Assembly: GCA_050173015.1 (NCBI GenBank)
Contig: JBFXLE010000025.1
Span: 1 to 64,000 of the forward strand
Direction of reading: 5' to 3'
Source: Calditrichaceae bacterium
GTDB taxonomy: Bacteria; Calditrichota; Calditrichia; Calditrichales; JBFXGD01
DNA length: 64,000 bases
Below the pieces are notes generated by a model. It saw nothing but the letters and a program-made list of their open reading frames with translations, had not been told where the DNA came from and searched no databases. The position numbers were made by a program, and so were the translations under genes. Shown one piece after another: positions 44,536 to 54,935 of the stretch; position 1 is the stretch's first letter, and each line of letters begins with the position of its first letter.

Positions 44536-46035
44536 TTACTTGATATGCGGCCGAATATCCTCATGATAATTGCTCAGCAGAACACAAATCCTGTCTTGAA
44601 GTTGATTCACATAGGAAGTTGACACATGATAGTTGTTGACCATTATAACAAACAGATATGGTTTTTCCGTCGAATCATTTATATATCCGGCAAGATTGCG
44701 TGTATGGGAGACGAACCCTGTTTTCGCGCGCGCGTTCCCCTCTGCCGCGGTTCCCTTCATCCTTTTTTTCAGAGTGCCGTCCACACCCGCGACAGGCAAA
44801 GAATTGTAGAACAAAGCAAAATTTTTGTCATAATACATATGGCGCAGCAAAGTGGCGGTCGAATAAGGACTGATCAGATTAAGTCTCGATAGCCCGGAAC
44901 CGTCGTACATCAGCAATCCGGCCGGCTCAATTCCGATACTTGCCACCCACTCATTAACAAAATCGATACCCTTCTCCGCGGAACCTTTCTTTCTGAATTC
45001 TGCCCCCATAACTCTTAACAGTTGTTCAGCATAAAAGTTATTACTGTTTTTATTGATTTCATTTATGATATCGATTAAAGGAGGAGATTCATAGCTGAAT
45101 AGTAGCGAATGACTGTCGGTCACACCCGTTACACCGGTCTCGATATTCCCATTGAATAAGATGTTCTTTTCATTAAGAATCTTTGAAAATGAGTGCAGAA
45201 AAAAAGAAGCCGGCTGTTCAATAGTGACCGCTTGTTTAACCTCGTCACTTCCCATCGGAAGTCCGCCGGTGATCACTATGACGTTCTCAGCTCTCTCACG
45301 GCCTATTTTCAGGCTGGACAAAGAATCACGTGAAATTGTTGCCGCCCTGTTTACAATTTTGACATACCCTGAATCCGGAGCAATCCAGATTTTCACAGGA
45401 TGTAAAACGGAATCACCCGGCGCGACTGAAATATCGACACAATTATTGTTCAGAGACAACGCTCCTGTCTGCGCTGAATACTGAAAGGGCTCATCATCCC
45501 AATTCCATCCCTTTCCCAGAAAATCTTCGGAAAAATAAGAATCATCCCCAACTATATTACCATCAATATGCCGAATACCCAAGCTTTTTAGTGAGTCGGC
45601 CCACAACCTGAACACAGCCAATATATCATTTTCAAAAAATCTGCCGGAGATGGCAGGATCACCATAGCCTTTTATTACCAGGTCACCTTCAAGATGTCCG
45701 TCATTGACCGGACTGTTGGTGTAAAATTCCGTTCTAAATCGATAATCCGGCGATAAATTGACCAACGCCGCGGCGGTGGTGTATAATTTCATATTTGAGG
45801 CGGGAATAAATAATTTGTGCTCATTCTGCCGGAAAACAACTTTCCCATCGTCGAGTGATTCGATATATACAGCGACCAGGGCATCAGAGATAGCCGGATC
45901 GGAAAGCAAATAGTCGATTTGACTTTGTAATGATCGGGATGTTTCATGAGACTTCTGAAGTCCCGAAGGACCGTGACATCCGGTGAGTATGAATATTATT
46001 GAAAGAAACAGGAAGACAAAATAAAAGAGGCGCAT
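44536..46035 (-). CDS. dacB: D-alanyl-D-alanine carboxypeptidase/endopeptidase PBP4 (peptidase S13), lipoprotein
   Basis: PASNMK (SxxK), SNN, DGSGLSR, AKTG; lipobox LTG-C. Confidence 0.93.
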   Translation of the reverse strand: MRLFYFVFLFLSIIFILTGCHGPSGLQKSHETSRSLQSQIDYLLSDPAISDALVAVYIESLDDGKVVFRQNEHKLFIPASNMKLYTTAAALVNLSPDYRFRTEFYTNSPVNDGHLEGDLVIKGYGDPAISGRFFENDILAVFRLWADSLKSLGIRHIDGNIVGDDSYFSEDFLGKGWNWDDEPFQYSAQTGALSLNNNCVDISVAPGDSVLHPVKIWIAPDSGYVKIVNRAATISRDSLSSLKIGRERAENVIVITGGLPMGSDEVKQAVTIEQPASFFLHSFSKILNEKNILFNGNIETGVTGVTDSHSLLFSYESPPLIDIINEINKNSNNFYAEQLLRVMGAEFRKKGSAEKGIDFVNEWVASIGIEPAGLLMYDGSGLSRLNLISPYSTATLLRHMYYDKNFALFYNSLPVAGVDGTLKKRMKGTAAEGNARAKTGFVSHTRNLAGYINDSTEKPYLFVIMVNNYHVSTSYVNQLQDRICVLLSNYHEDIRPHIK

Positions 46036-46151
46036 TCGATTCCCTTAATCATGCCAGGCGGGAACATATTATTGAAAATCCCCGGTGTAAGAAATTGAAC
46101 GATCCCGGGCACCCCGACATATAGGGACCCGATTGGCAAACATCAGGCGGA

Positions 46152-46191
46152 TAAAAAAAACAAAGGCGAAAAACTGAGTTTTTCGCCTTTT
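46152..46191 (-). terminator. Intrinsic terminator after hup, possibly bidirectional
   Basis: AAAGGCGAAAAAC-TGA-GTTTTTCGCCTTT perfect stem; A-tract on the left is a U-tract on the minus strand. Confidence 0.88.
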
Positions 46192-46201
46192 GCTAACGAT
46201 T

Positions 46202-46474
46202 CTATTTAAGAGCGTCTTTCAATCCCTTGCCTGCTTTGAATGTCGGGACTTTACGGGCAGGAATATTAATTACAGCGCCAGTCTGAGGATTACGGCCTTT
46301 ACGCGCATTTCTTTTAGAAACGCTGAAAGTACCAAATCCGATCAAACTAACGTTTTCATCTTTTTTCAGACTTTTCTTTACTGTATCCAGGAATGAACCA
46401 AGTGCATCTTCAGCAGCTTTTTTAGAAATACCTGCGTCTGCTGCCATTTTTGAAACCAGTTCTTGTTTAGTCAT
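46202..46474 (-). CDS. hup: DNA-binding protein HU
   Basis: MTKQELV...IGFGTFSV...GRNPQTG...PTFKAGKGLKDAL; SD AGGAGG. Confidence 0.97.
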   Translation of the reverse strand: MTKQELVSKMAADAGISKKAAEDALGSFLDTVKKSLKKDENVSLIGFGTFSVSKRNARKGRNPQTGAVINIPARKVPTFKAGKGLKDALK

Positions 46475-46880
46475 GAATAATACCTCCTAAATTGAAACTA
46501 ATTGAAAGTTGCCTCAGATTTATTAAGAATTAAAGTTAAATATCAATATTATAAAATTTAAAATCAAGTAAAAATCTTTTATTTAGCGGCTTTTGTCGTC
46601 TGCCCAATATGATTAGTACAAAAAGACATTAAAATCTAATCAGTTAGATCTCACATAGCAACAATTTTTATTAAACATTTTAGATTTTTCTTATATTTAT
46701 GCAGATATACTAACGAATAACGTAGATTATTAGCAGTTAATTTCCGATAACTATTAATTTTTTCATTTATTTTTGAGAAATGAGGACCATAATCAGGGCC
46801 AATTTTGATTTAGTTATAAACCAAAATAATGATATACAAAAAATAGATATCATTTTTTAAAACAAAATGAGGAAAAAAAC

Positions 46881-47300
46881 ATGAAATCATTTCGAAAAGA
46901 GCTTTGGTTCAACACATCTTCCCGCCGGGAATACATCAATATCACACATGATATTGAGAAATGCATCCTGGAATCAGGTGTGAGCGATGGACTCTGTCTG
47001 GTGAACGCCATGCACATCACCGCGAGCGTATATATTAACGACGCGGAAAGCGGTCTGATTCAGGATTACGATGACTGGCTGGAGAAACTGGCGCCCCATG
47101 AACCAATATCCCATTACCGCCATAACAACACCGGTGAAGATAATGGAGACGCCCATCTTAAGAGGCAGGTGATGGGCCGCGAAGTTGTTGTGGCGATCAC
47201 CGGCGGCCGTCTTGACTTCGGTCCCTGGGAGCAAATATTTTACGCTGAGTTTGATGGCCGAAGACGCAAACGGGTTCTGGTTAAAATCATCGGTGAATAA
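46881..47300 (+). CDS. yjbQ: YjbQ/UPF0047 family protein
   Basis: [33 protein letters not shown]. Confidence 0.92.
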   Translation: MKSFRKELWFNTSSRREYINITHDIEKCILESGVSDGLCLVNAMHITASVYINDAESGLIQDYDDWLEKLAPHEPISHYRHNNTGEDNGDAHLKRQVMGREVVVAITGGRLDFGPWEQIFYAEFDGRRRKRVLVKIIGE

Positions 47301-47325
47301 TCAGACATGCCGAATAATATCACTA

Positions 47326-48204
47326 TTAATCCTTGTAATTTTCATTACGTTTAAAAACGAGGTTACCGATCTGAGCGTTAATTACCTTTGAAATCACCGG
47401 ACATTTTATTTTAAGCAAATAGTAAATCAGGCGTGACTCGGTGTCGAGCGTTTCATAATTCCCCTGTCCCTTTGAAATGACTAAATCCGCTTTCTCATAT
47501 TCAGCGCGCGCCTGTTTGGAAATATCACTCAAAACCATCGCCGGCGCGTAATCTCCATTGTCGATGACTCTCGCGATCCGGTCCAGTCCAATCATTTTTG
47601 CGTCTTCAAGAGTGGCGTCGTTAATGATTGGCGCGCCCCGTACAATTACTGTAAAATCCAATGAGCGCTCCGGATAATACCTCTGCAGCATTTCTATAAA
47701 AAGTCGGTCAAATACAATTTCACCGGCGTTATCGGCCAAATAGAGTACTTTCTTTGATTTAAGGATATCTTTAATGAATTTGTCTATATGATTGATTTCA
47801 AAATTCAAATCATGTATTCGTTCAATGATCCTTCGTAAGTGTATCTCATCATCTTCATTGTCAAAATCAATAATATTTCCCGCAACCGCCAATTTTGCCG
47901 CTGTTAATATGGGCTCCGGATTCTGAAATACTATCTTCCTCAAATCATCATACAAGGACAGCGCCAGATGATTAATTTTATGTTTAATTTCCCGATAGGG
48001 ATCATTATTGCCTGTAACCCTGTAAATGATATCATAAATATGTTTTCCCAAAAGCGGGGGCGGATCCGAATAATCAACTTTTTGTAAATATTTAAGCACT
48101 TCATTGATAGTTTTTTGTCTTATTTTCTGATCATCAGAAACAATTTGAACTGTTTCGATTGTTTGCTGTAAAATACATGGGATACAATTAAAATCAGTCT
48201 TCAT
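47326..48204 (-). CDS. DUF89/ARMT1-like damage-control phosphatase (start likely ATG 48204)
   Basis: CIPC, DPYREIK, AGNIIDF, LADNAGEIVFD, INDAT, SKGQGNYE, KIKC. Confidence 0.9.
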   Translation of the reverse strand: MKTDFNCIPCILQQTIETVQIVSDDQKIRQKTINEVLKYLQKVDYSDPPPLLGKHIYDIIYRVTGNNDPYREIKHKINHLALSLYDDLRKIVFQNPEPILTAAKLAVAGNIIDFDNEDDEIHLRRIIERIHDLNFEINHIDKFIKDILKSKKVLYLADNAGEIVFDRLFIEMLQRYYPERSLDFTVIVRGAPIINDATLEDAKMIGLDRIARVIDNGDYAPAMVLSDISKQARAEYEKADLVISKGQGNYETLDTESRLIYYLLKIKCPVISKVINAQIGNLVFKRNENYKD

Positions 48205-48281
48205 ATTTACCAATCCCGGGATTTTACCCGAATGTATTTCTTTTATATCATGTTTTATCTAAAAAAATTAACTCATCCACT

Positions 48282-48743
48282 CTAAAAATTTTCATTGTTA
48301 TTCAAATACTTTTCCATAACCGGTTTGACTCCCGCCCCTCTTTCATAAACAAGCTTCCCGCCAAAAAGACCGGTCCGGTAAATTAAAACAGCGCCAAATA
48401 TTAAACCCATGGATACAATTAGCCTCCATGGAAGGAGATCTTTTCCAAGTTTCATGAGCCCGGTCTTAAAAACCGTCAGAAAAAGAAAATACCAGGCGGC
48501 TAACTTTCCCGCATTCTGATGCGTGCTCAACAGCGGTTCGATTCCATCGATATGTCTGACTGCTTCTGCCGCCGTGTCCCCCGTTATTAAGGCCCAAAAA
48601 GCAGTCACGCTTCCAAGTATCAGTAATAATAAACTGACTTTGGAGAAAAAAGATTTCTGCCAGAATAACGACATCAGTTCCACTAATACCGCTGTCAAAA
48701 AAAGTGCCACCGGGAAATGGACTACTTGCGCATGACTCAACAT
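48282..48743 (-). CDS. DUF2231-like membrane protein
   Basis: HAQVVHFPVAL, ITG...H, GLFGGKLVY...GAGV; four TM segments. Confidence 0.8.
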   Translation of the reverse strand: MLSHAQVVHFPVALFLTAVLVELMSLFWQKSFFSKVSLLLLILGSVTAFWALITGDTAAEAVRHIDGIEPLLSTHQNAGKLAAWYFLFLTVFKTGLMKLGKDLLPWRLIVSMGLIFGAVLIYRTGLFGGKLVYERGAGVKPVMEKYLNNNENF

Positions 48744-48744
48744 G

Positions 48745-50289
48745 TTATTCCCGCTCTGATTTAATCTTTTTGATCACAAGTCTGTCATAGAGAAAAATCA
48801 AAAACGCGGTTCCCAGCGCAATCAGCGCGAAAATCAACCACATGATATCCGGCCTCTGCATGTCACGGGCGAATGCCGCGTATAGCTGACCTGACAAAAT
48901 ACCACCGAAAAGATTTCCAAGCGCTACACACCAGTAAAAATAACCCATGTAAAGGGCAACTTTATTCGGGGGCGCAATAGCTCCCGTATATTCCTTCGAC
49001 TTTGGACTCGCCATCATTTCACCAAACGAAAAGACAAAAATTCCGGCCACCACTATCCATCCGATATTCCCAAAGACCAGTATTGAAAAACTAACAAATG
49101 TGATTAATACTCCCCAGAAAATCGTTGTAAATGGTTTTAGACGGGCAACCAGAGCTGAGACCAGCACCTGAAAAAAGATAATCGCTCCGGCATTCAAATT
49201 GATTATATACTCCGGATTGATCTGTCCGTTTACAGCCATCGAATTCTGAAAATTGCTGATAAAATCATTCAGACCGAATAAACTCAGCGCTGAAACAGAA
49301 AAATTCATCAGGTCGGTTGTGTCCACGAAGTCTCTGATATGCAAAGGCAGCGTGTAAAATATCTGATTAAAGGATGTCCAGAATCCGGACATAAGCAGCA
49401 AAAACAGACCAAATCGCCAGTCACCCAGCTTCATTGGACTGCTATACCAGGAGGAATTTGCATTATTCGAAGATTTTTTCAGGATCAGATCGTATACAAT
49501 ATTTATGATGAACCAAACGAATGAAATTAAAACAATTTGTGTCCAACTGATAAATCCGCTTGCTGTATATTTGGAACCAATAACAAGTACAGTGAGAAGT
49601 ACGAAGACAAACAGAAAGAATCTGCCGTTTCCAAGAACTTCCACCATATCGGTCATTACCTTTTTGAGAGATCTGGGATTCGCGGACGTACTTTCCTCAG
49701 TCGGCTCTTTATAGAAAATCGTCACAAAGATAAAATTGACCGCGATCCAACCTGCCGAGGCAACAAACACCCACTTCCAGGCCCATCCGCGGACGATGCC
49801 CGCAATGATGGGTCCCATAAATCCGCCAATATTCACCATCATATAGAAAATACCAAATCCGAGAGATGCCGTTTTGGGATTTGTTGTTTTTGAAACCGTT
49901 CCGATAATCACCGGCTTAAACATAGCCGCCCCCAGCGCGACAAACATGAATGCCAGAAAAAATGTCGGAAATGTTTTAAAATATCCGAGAAAATAGTAAG
50001 CAGGAACCAGTACCACAAATGCCGAAAACAGCATCTTTCTGAAGCCGTACCGGTCGGCGAGCGCTCCGGTCACCACAGGAAACAGATATAAAAAAAATGT
50101 CACCACGCCCTGCAGTACGCCCCGATCTTCATCACTAAATCCAAGACCGCCTTCCTGAACGGTACCGGTAATGTAAAGAGAAGAAACGGCAAAGAAACCA
50201 TACCATGCCATTCTCTCAAAAATTTCCATCGTGTTGGCAATCCAGAATGTTGATGGAAAATCCTTTAGCTTTATTTTCCCGTTTGTCAT
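48745..50289 (-). CDS. MFS transporter, POT/PTR peptide-transporter-like (start likely ATG 50289)
   Basis: EIFERMAWYG (ExxER motif), GALADRYG, FKP, FYMMVNIGG, GEMMASP. Confidence 0.88.
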   Translation of the reverse strand: MTNGKIKLKDFPSTFWIANTMEIFERMAWYGFFAVSSLYITGTVQEGGLGFSDEDRGVLQGVVTFFLYLFPVVTGALADRYGFRKMLFSAFVVLVPAYYFLGYFKTFPTFFLAFMFVALGAAMFKPVIIGTVSKTTNPKTASLGFGIFYMMVNIGGFMGPIIAGIVRGWAWKWVFVASAGWIAVNFIFVTIFYKEPTEESTSANPRSLKKVMTDMVEVLGNGRFFLFVFVLLTVLVIGSKYTASGFISWTQIVLISFVWFIINIVYDLILKKSSNNANSSWYSSPMKLGDWRFGLFLLLMSGFWTSFNQIFYTLPLHIRDFVDTTDLMNFSVSALSLFGLNDFISNFQNSMAVNGQINPEYIINLNAGAIIFFQVLVSALVARLKPFTTIFWGVLITFVSFSILVFGNIGWIVVAGIFVFSFGEMMASPKSKEYTGAIAPPNKVALYMGYFYWCVALGNLFGGILSGQLYAAFARDMQRPDIMWLIFALIALGTAFLIFLYDRLVIKKIKSERE

Positions 50290-50386
50290 CAAGTCTGATC
50301 CTTTGTTTGTGTGAACTAAAAAAAAACGGCGAAGTAAATTACCCATCGCCGCCGTAATTTTCTGCCTTAAGCTTGACGTAACGCGG

Positions 50387-50833
50387 TCACATTAAGGGCT
50401 TTGTGATACTGTTGTCTTTGCTTTCAACTATCGGCAACAGTCTGGAGTCGATAACAGCCGCGGTTCTATGCCCCATACCGGCCAGATACTCCTTGTTCGA
50501 AGCAAACTCCATAAAACTGGCAAGAGAATTTTGTTTAACCAGCATTACGATATCCCACTGTTCATCCTGTGGACCAATAAAGAAACGTCCACCGTCACCA
50601 AGCAGAACCAGCTCTCCCCCGCTTTCTTTTAAAAACGGCAGAGTATGCTCGATATATTTTTGGAATGCTTCTCTGCCGGATATTGGTTGATCAGCAGCGA
50701 GTTCCGGTGTGGCTGAATAATCCGCAATGTCTCTAAGACGCAGCAGATTCAGCATTACAACTTTTCCGGAAATATTACGACTAAAAAGCTCCGCGCCGGA
50801 TTCCTGTGTCGGCTCTAAAAAAAACTCTCCCAT
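50387..50833 (-). CDS. DUF1330 family protein
   Basis: VVMLNLLR...SGREAFQKY...IGP..EQWD...HRTAAVIDSRL. Confidence 0.8.
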   Translation of the reverse strand: MGEFFLEPTQESGAELFSRNISGKVVMLNLLRLRDIADYSATPELAADQPISGREAFQKYIEHTLPFLKESGGELVLLGDGGRFFIGPQDEQWDIVMLVKQNSLASFMEFASNKEYLAGMGHRTAAVIDSRLLPIVESKDNSITKPLM

Positions 50834-50922
50834 TTACATTTTCCCATGTTTGTGTATTTGCTGCTTAAGGAACTTATTCGGAATAATGAATCGACACCCC
50901 GAATTTCAAAGATATGGTCAAA

Positions 50923-51489
50923 CTAAAATAAAGATTCTATCTCCCGGATATGATCATTTTTTATCCTTTTCCACTCCATCTTGAACCAGGGGGTAAACCA
51001 CTCTGGATTATTTTCCATCTGCTTTTCCAGTTCATCGATCTGGATGAATTTCCATTCTTCAATTTCATTCGGATTGACTTCGGGTTTCTGGTCTGATCTT
51101 CCGATAAAAACTGAACATAACTCGTATTCCGAACCTTTATCCTCAAAAGACGCGTGATATTTGAATTTAAAAAGATAAGATAAGTCACTCCCGAAGCCCA
51201 ATTCTTCCTTTAATCTCCGTTGAGTGGCAAAATCATAGGTCTCCCCTTCCCTGGGATGACTGCAGCAGCTGTTTGACCAGTAAAGTGGCCATAATCGTTT
51301 TTCACCGCCGCGTTTTTGAAGTAACAGTTCTTTCTTTGAATTAAAGATGAAAATTGAAAAAGCGCGGTGTAATATCCCCTGACCGTCATGACATTCCGCT
51401 TTACTTTTATGCCCAATTTCATTGTCTGACTCATCAACAAGGATTAATTTTTCATCATCGAAAGAGACAATTTTGTTATTTACTGTCAT
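50923..51489 (-). CDS. idi: Isopentenyl-diphosphate delta-isomerase, type 1
   Basis: LILVDE, HRAFSIFIF, WSNSCCSHP, RRLKEELG, EYELC, FTPWF. Confidence 0.95.
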   Translation of the reverse strand: MTVNNKIVSFDDEKLILVDESDNEIGHKSKAECHDGQGILHRAFSIFIFNSKKELLLQKRGGEKRLWPLYWSNSCCSHPREGETYDFATQRRLKEELGFGSDLSYLFKFKYHASFEDKGSEYELCSVFIGRSDQKPEVNPNEIEEWKFIQIDELEKQMENNPEWFTPWFKMEWKRIKNDHIREIESLF

Positions 51490-51570
51490 TTTACCCCTTT
51501 AATTCCTTTTAAAATATAACATTATGATTTTAACCGGCTGTATAATGTTCAATATCGCCTTAATGAATAT

Positions 51571-53823
51571 TTATTTGATATCTGTTATGAATGCCTGATA
51601 TCCCGCGCTTTTTATAGCGCCTGCAACCTTTTCCGCGTTATCGGGACAAAGCGCTATCACGGCGCCACCGCCCCCGCCACCGGTCAATTTCGCGCCAAGC
51701 GCGCCGTTGGCCCTGGCTATATCCACCAACTCCTCAATCTCTCTGCCCGAGACCTGAATCGCGTTCAATAATCCCTGATTAATATTCATTAAATCGCCTA
51801 AATGTTCAAGATCATTGTTTTTAATGGCTTCAACACCTTGCAGAACAAGAGCATCAATCTCTTTAAAAATATGGTTGTAAAGTACCTTGTTTCGTTCCCA
51901 GGCGGTTTTAACTCTCGCAACCATTCTAGCGGTAAGACTCTCAATCCATGTCAATCCAATTACAATTCTGACCGGGTTTGATGTCTCTATGGTTTCCATT
52001 TTTGGCGGATCGCCTTTCTGAAACAGTATAAATTTCCCATAGGTGGCAAGCGTATTGTCAATACCGGAGGCGGACCCATGTACGATTTTTTCAGATTCAA
52101 AGGAGAGTCTGGCCACATCATCTTCTGATAAGTTTATTTTGAATTGTTCCGAAAGCGCCCTGATAATCGCGACAGCAAGCGCCGCCGAACCGCCTAATCC
52201 CATGGCGCGGGGCACATGAGGGAAAACTTCAATCTGCATATTTTTCTCATGTAAATCCAGTTCGCTCAATATTAAATCAAGTGATTTGAAAATGGAATAT
52301 TTATGATCAACCCCTCTTTGCAGTCTTTCTTCAACTCCCCATCTGGGAATAATCAAATGAACGCCATCCCTATTTGAATCAGCTACACGGGCCTGCATCG
52401 CCAGAGGAACAGGCGCGGCGATGGCATGACTTCCGTATACAACGGCATGTTCTCCAAGCAAAATAATTTTACCATGTCCCGTCGGCAATTTCTCAGCAGA
52501 CGGCTTGAGAACCATATCCGCCTGCCCCGGTTCTTCGGAGCTTTTTATCGTTTCAATGATTTCCTTTGCTTTCCAGATCTTGATATCACCTGATCCAATC
52601 AATTTTTCGACTACCGTTTCAAAAACATCCGGAGTCGCGCCGGCTGCAATAGCGACACTACGGGCATGAAGACTCATATGCCCCCGTTGAATACCCTCGG
52701 TCGCGAGCGCCCGTAAAGCTGCCATATTTTGAGCCAAACCAACTGACGCTAGAACTTCCGCGAGTTCACGCGCGGTACTAATATTTAAAATATGATGCGC
52801 TATGGGAACCGTGGGATTACTCTGCAGGGGACCTCCGACAATACCCACTCTTATGGGTATTTCAATAGACCCTACGAGGTCACCATTCTCATTTTCTTCC
52901 CATTTCGTGAGTGATGTGTAGCTCTTTCCCCGGGCAGCGTAAGCATGAACTGACGCTTCGATCGCGCGCCAATCATTTCCTGTGGCGATTACTACCGGGT
53001 CAATACCATTCATAATTCCCTTGTTGTGTGTCGCGGCTCTGTAGGGATCCACAATTGCAAATTCACTAGCCAGAATAATACCATCACGCACTTCTTCTCC
53101 GGAATATCCTTTTCCCTCAATATTTTTGACGGGTACAACGCATCGCGCCCGCACCAGAGATCGGTCGGCCAGATTGGATAATATCCTTAGAAAAACCTTT
53201 CCCCCTGTAATTTTTTCAATCAGCGAGGCAACTCCTTCACACATACTATTGACAAGATTCGCCCCCATGGCATCCCGCGTATCAACCAGCAGATGCACTA
53301 TGATCATTTCCCCGCCCTGGGATGATAATGGCAATTTTCTTACTTCAACATCTCTCGCACCACCGCCTCTCGCTACCATGTTTGGGTGAAGACTGTTTGC
53401 GAGATTTATAATTTCATCTTTATTTTGAAGAATCGCGTTATGCGCTTTGGTCACATTCTGAATATCAACCAACTGTATCTGGCCGACAAGAAGAGCTTCA
53501 CTGCTTTCACTTATAAATCCGCCATTCTGCCGGACAATTTTCGCCGCGGAACTGACGGCGGCGATAATTGAGGGTTCCTCAACCACCATGGGAACGATAT
53601 AGTCTTTTCCATTAATCAAAAAATTCAAACCCAGCCCCATCGGCAACCCAAATACACCAATGACATTTTCAACCATTTTATCTGAATCTTCAGGACGCAG
53701 AAGTCCGTTACCATTTCTCAGGAGAGTATAGTCTTCATCACTAAGGTATTTTTTCTGCTGTAAAATTCTTAATCGTTCCTGGACAGAATACTTATAAAAT
53801 TTTGGAATTCTGGAAGTTCCCAT
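51571..53823 (-). CDS. Fusion of class II HMG-CoA reductase and mevalonate kinase
   Basis: N-terminal ENVIG, EEPS, DAMGAN, THNKGIMNG, GIQRGHMSLHAR; C-terminal GKIILLGEHAVVYG, PRAMGLGGSAA, HGSASGID, GAKLTGGGGGG; single uninterrupted ORF. Confidence 0.92.
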   Translation of the reverse strand: MGTSRIPKFYKYSVQERLRILQQKKYLSDEDYTLLRNGNGLLRPEDSDKMVENVIGVFGLPMGLGLNFLINGKDYIVPMVVEEPSIIAAVSSAAKIVRQNGGFISESSEALLVGQIQLVDIQNVTKAHNAILQNKDEIINLANSLHPNMVARGGGARDVEVRKLPLSSQGGEMIIVHLLVDTRDAMGANLVNSMCEGVASLIEKITGGKVFLRILSNLADRSLVRARCVVPVKNIEGKGYSGEEVRDGIILASEFAIVDPYRAATHNKGIMNGIDPVVIATGNDWRAIEASVHAYAARGKSYTSLTKWEENENGDLVGSIEIPIRVGIVGGPLQSNPTVPIAHHILNISTARELAEVLASVGLAQNMAALRALATEGIQRGHMSLHARSVAIAAGATPDVFETVVEKLIGSGDIKIWKAKEIIETIKSSEEPGQADMVLKPSAEKLPTGHGKIILLGEHAVVYGSHAIAAPVPLAMQARVADSNRDGVHLIIPRWGVEERLQRGVDHKYSIFKSLDLILSELDLHEKNMQIEVFPHVPRAMGLGGSAALAVAIIRALSEQFKINLSEDDVARLSFESEKIVHGSASGIDNTLATYGKFILFQKGDPPKMETIETSNPVRIVIGLTWIESLTARMVARVKTAWERNKVLYNHIFKEIDALVLQGVEAIKNNDLEHLGDLMNINQGLLNAIQVSGREIEELVDIARANGALGAKLTGGGGGGAVIALCPDNAEKVAGAIKSAGYQAFITDIK

Positions 53824-53852
53824 CTGGTTAATCCTCTATATCTTAACTTATA

Positions 53853-54935
53853 TCAATTCAAGATTTCTGAACTTGCTCCCGAGAGAGCGGGCTTGATATC
53901 AATGGCTTGATACCCTTCTGTTTTTAATTTTTCCGCAATAATCGATTTTTTTTCCGGGCTGTCGGAAAATGCTATGCCAATATCCCCGCTACCCGCTCCT
54001 GACGGTTTATAGACCCCGCCGGTGATTTTGACTAATTCCGCCAATTTTTGATGGACCGGCGAAATAATCGGCGTATCGCTTTTCTTCCCTAAAAAAGCAA
54101 GGACTTCGTAATATTCGCTTACAGTTGTCATAAACTTTTCAACATCATGTGCTTTGTAAGCAAAACAGCCATTTTCGGCAAGCGCGGTCAGTTTATTGAT
54201 GAGATCCTGATATACCGACGGCTTTTCTTTTTTCAACTGACTGACACCGCGAATCATTTTTCTTGTTGATTCGGATGAACCGGTCCATACGGTTGTCATA
54301 TGAAGTCCCCTGCAGGTCTCAACCGGTGAAGGTTCAACCTGCTTTGCTTCATTGTCAAGTATCATCTTAAAGACAAGTATTCCTCCATAGGTACTGGCGG
54401 CAATATCAATTCCGCTACCTAAATTACCCTGGGCTTTCCGGTGCGCGCCTAAAGCTAAACGAAATAATCTCGCCCTATCATCCCCTTTTTCAACGGATAG
54501 TCCCGCAAGTCTGAACAAACCCGAAAATAACGCGACTGTCATTGCCGCGCTGGATCCAAAACCATACTTTTTTGACAGATCCGGCGAGTAAAACAAATTT
54601 GTATTCATTGAAAAATGAGAGGGAGGAATTCTGATGCCGAGCGACTTAAAATACTGCCAGGCAAACTCAAATGTTACTTTAAAAAAATTAAGTTTTTTTC
54701 TTGATATCGAATCAGTATTTGAATCAAAACAAATAAGACCTGAGGCGGTGACATCAAAATCCACCGGACTGACATGAATGGATGATGAATCAACGCAGAA
54801 TCGGTTATCCTCTCTTTTTTGAGTCCTGATGACCGCATATCTGTCAACAGCGCATACAAGCGAGGGAGCTCCTTCCAGGACGGCATATTCCCCCAAGAGT
54901 ATCATTTTACCGGGTGCAGTGGTCTCTAAAATCAA
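53853..54935 (-). CDS. GHMP kinase, probable phosphomevalonate kinase (start moved to TTG 54935)
   Basis: APGKMILLGEYAVLEG, KKYGFGSSAA, HRKAQGNLGSGIDIAAS, KPSGAGSGD; TTGA overlap with the mvaD stop and GGAG SD upstream. Confidence 0.85.
   Translation of the reverse strand: MILETTAPGKMILLGEYAVLEGAPSLVCAVDRYAVIRTQKREDNRFCVDSSSIHVSPVDFDVTASGLICFDSNTDSISRKKLNFFKVTFEFAWQYFKSLGIRIPPSHFSMNTNLFYSPDLSKKYGFGSSAAMTVALFSGLFRLAGLSVEKGDDRARLFRLALGAHRKAQGNLGSGIDIAASTYGGILVFKMILDNEAKQVEPSPVETCRGLHMTTVWTGSSESTRKMIRGVSQLKKEKPSVYQDLINKLTALAENGCFAYKAHDVEKFMTTVSEYYEVLAFLGKKSDTPIISPVHQKLAELVKITGGVYKPSGAGSGDIGIAFSDSPEKKSIIAEKLKTEGYQAIDIKPALSGASSEILN

Noticed and set aside
46036-46151. GC-rich stretch between hup and dacB as 6S RNA or another ncRNA
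   Set aside because: I could not find the long end-to-end pairing of 6S, only short CAGGCGG direct repeats and small stems. An Rfam search would settle it.
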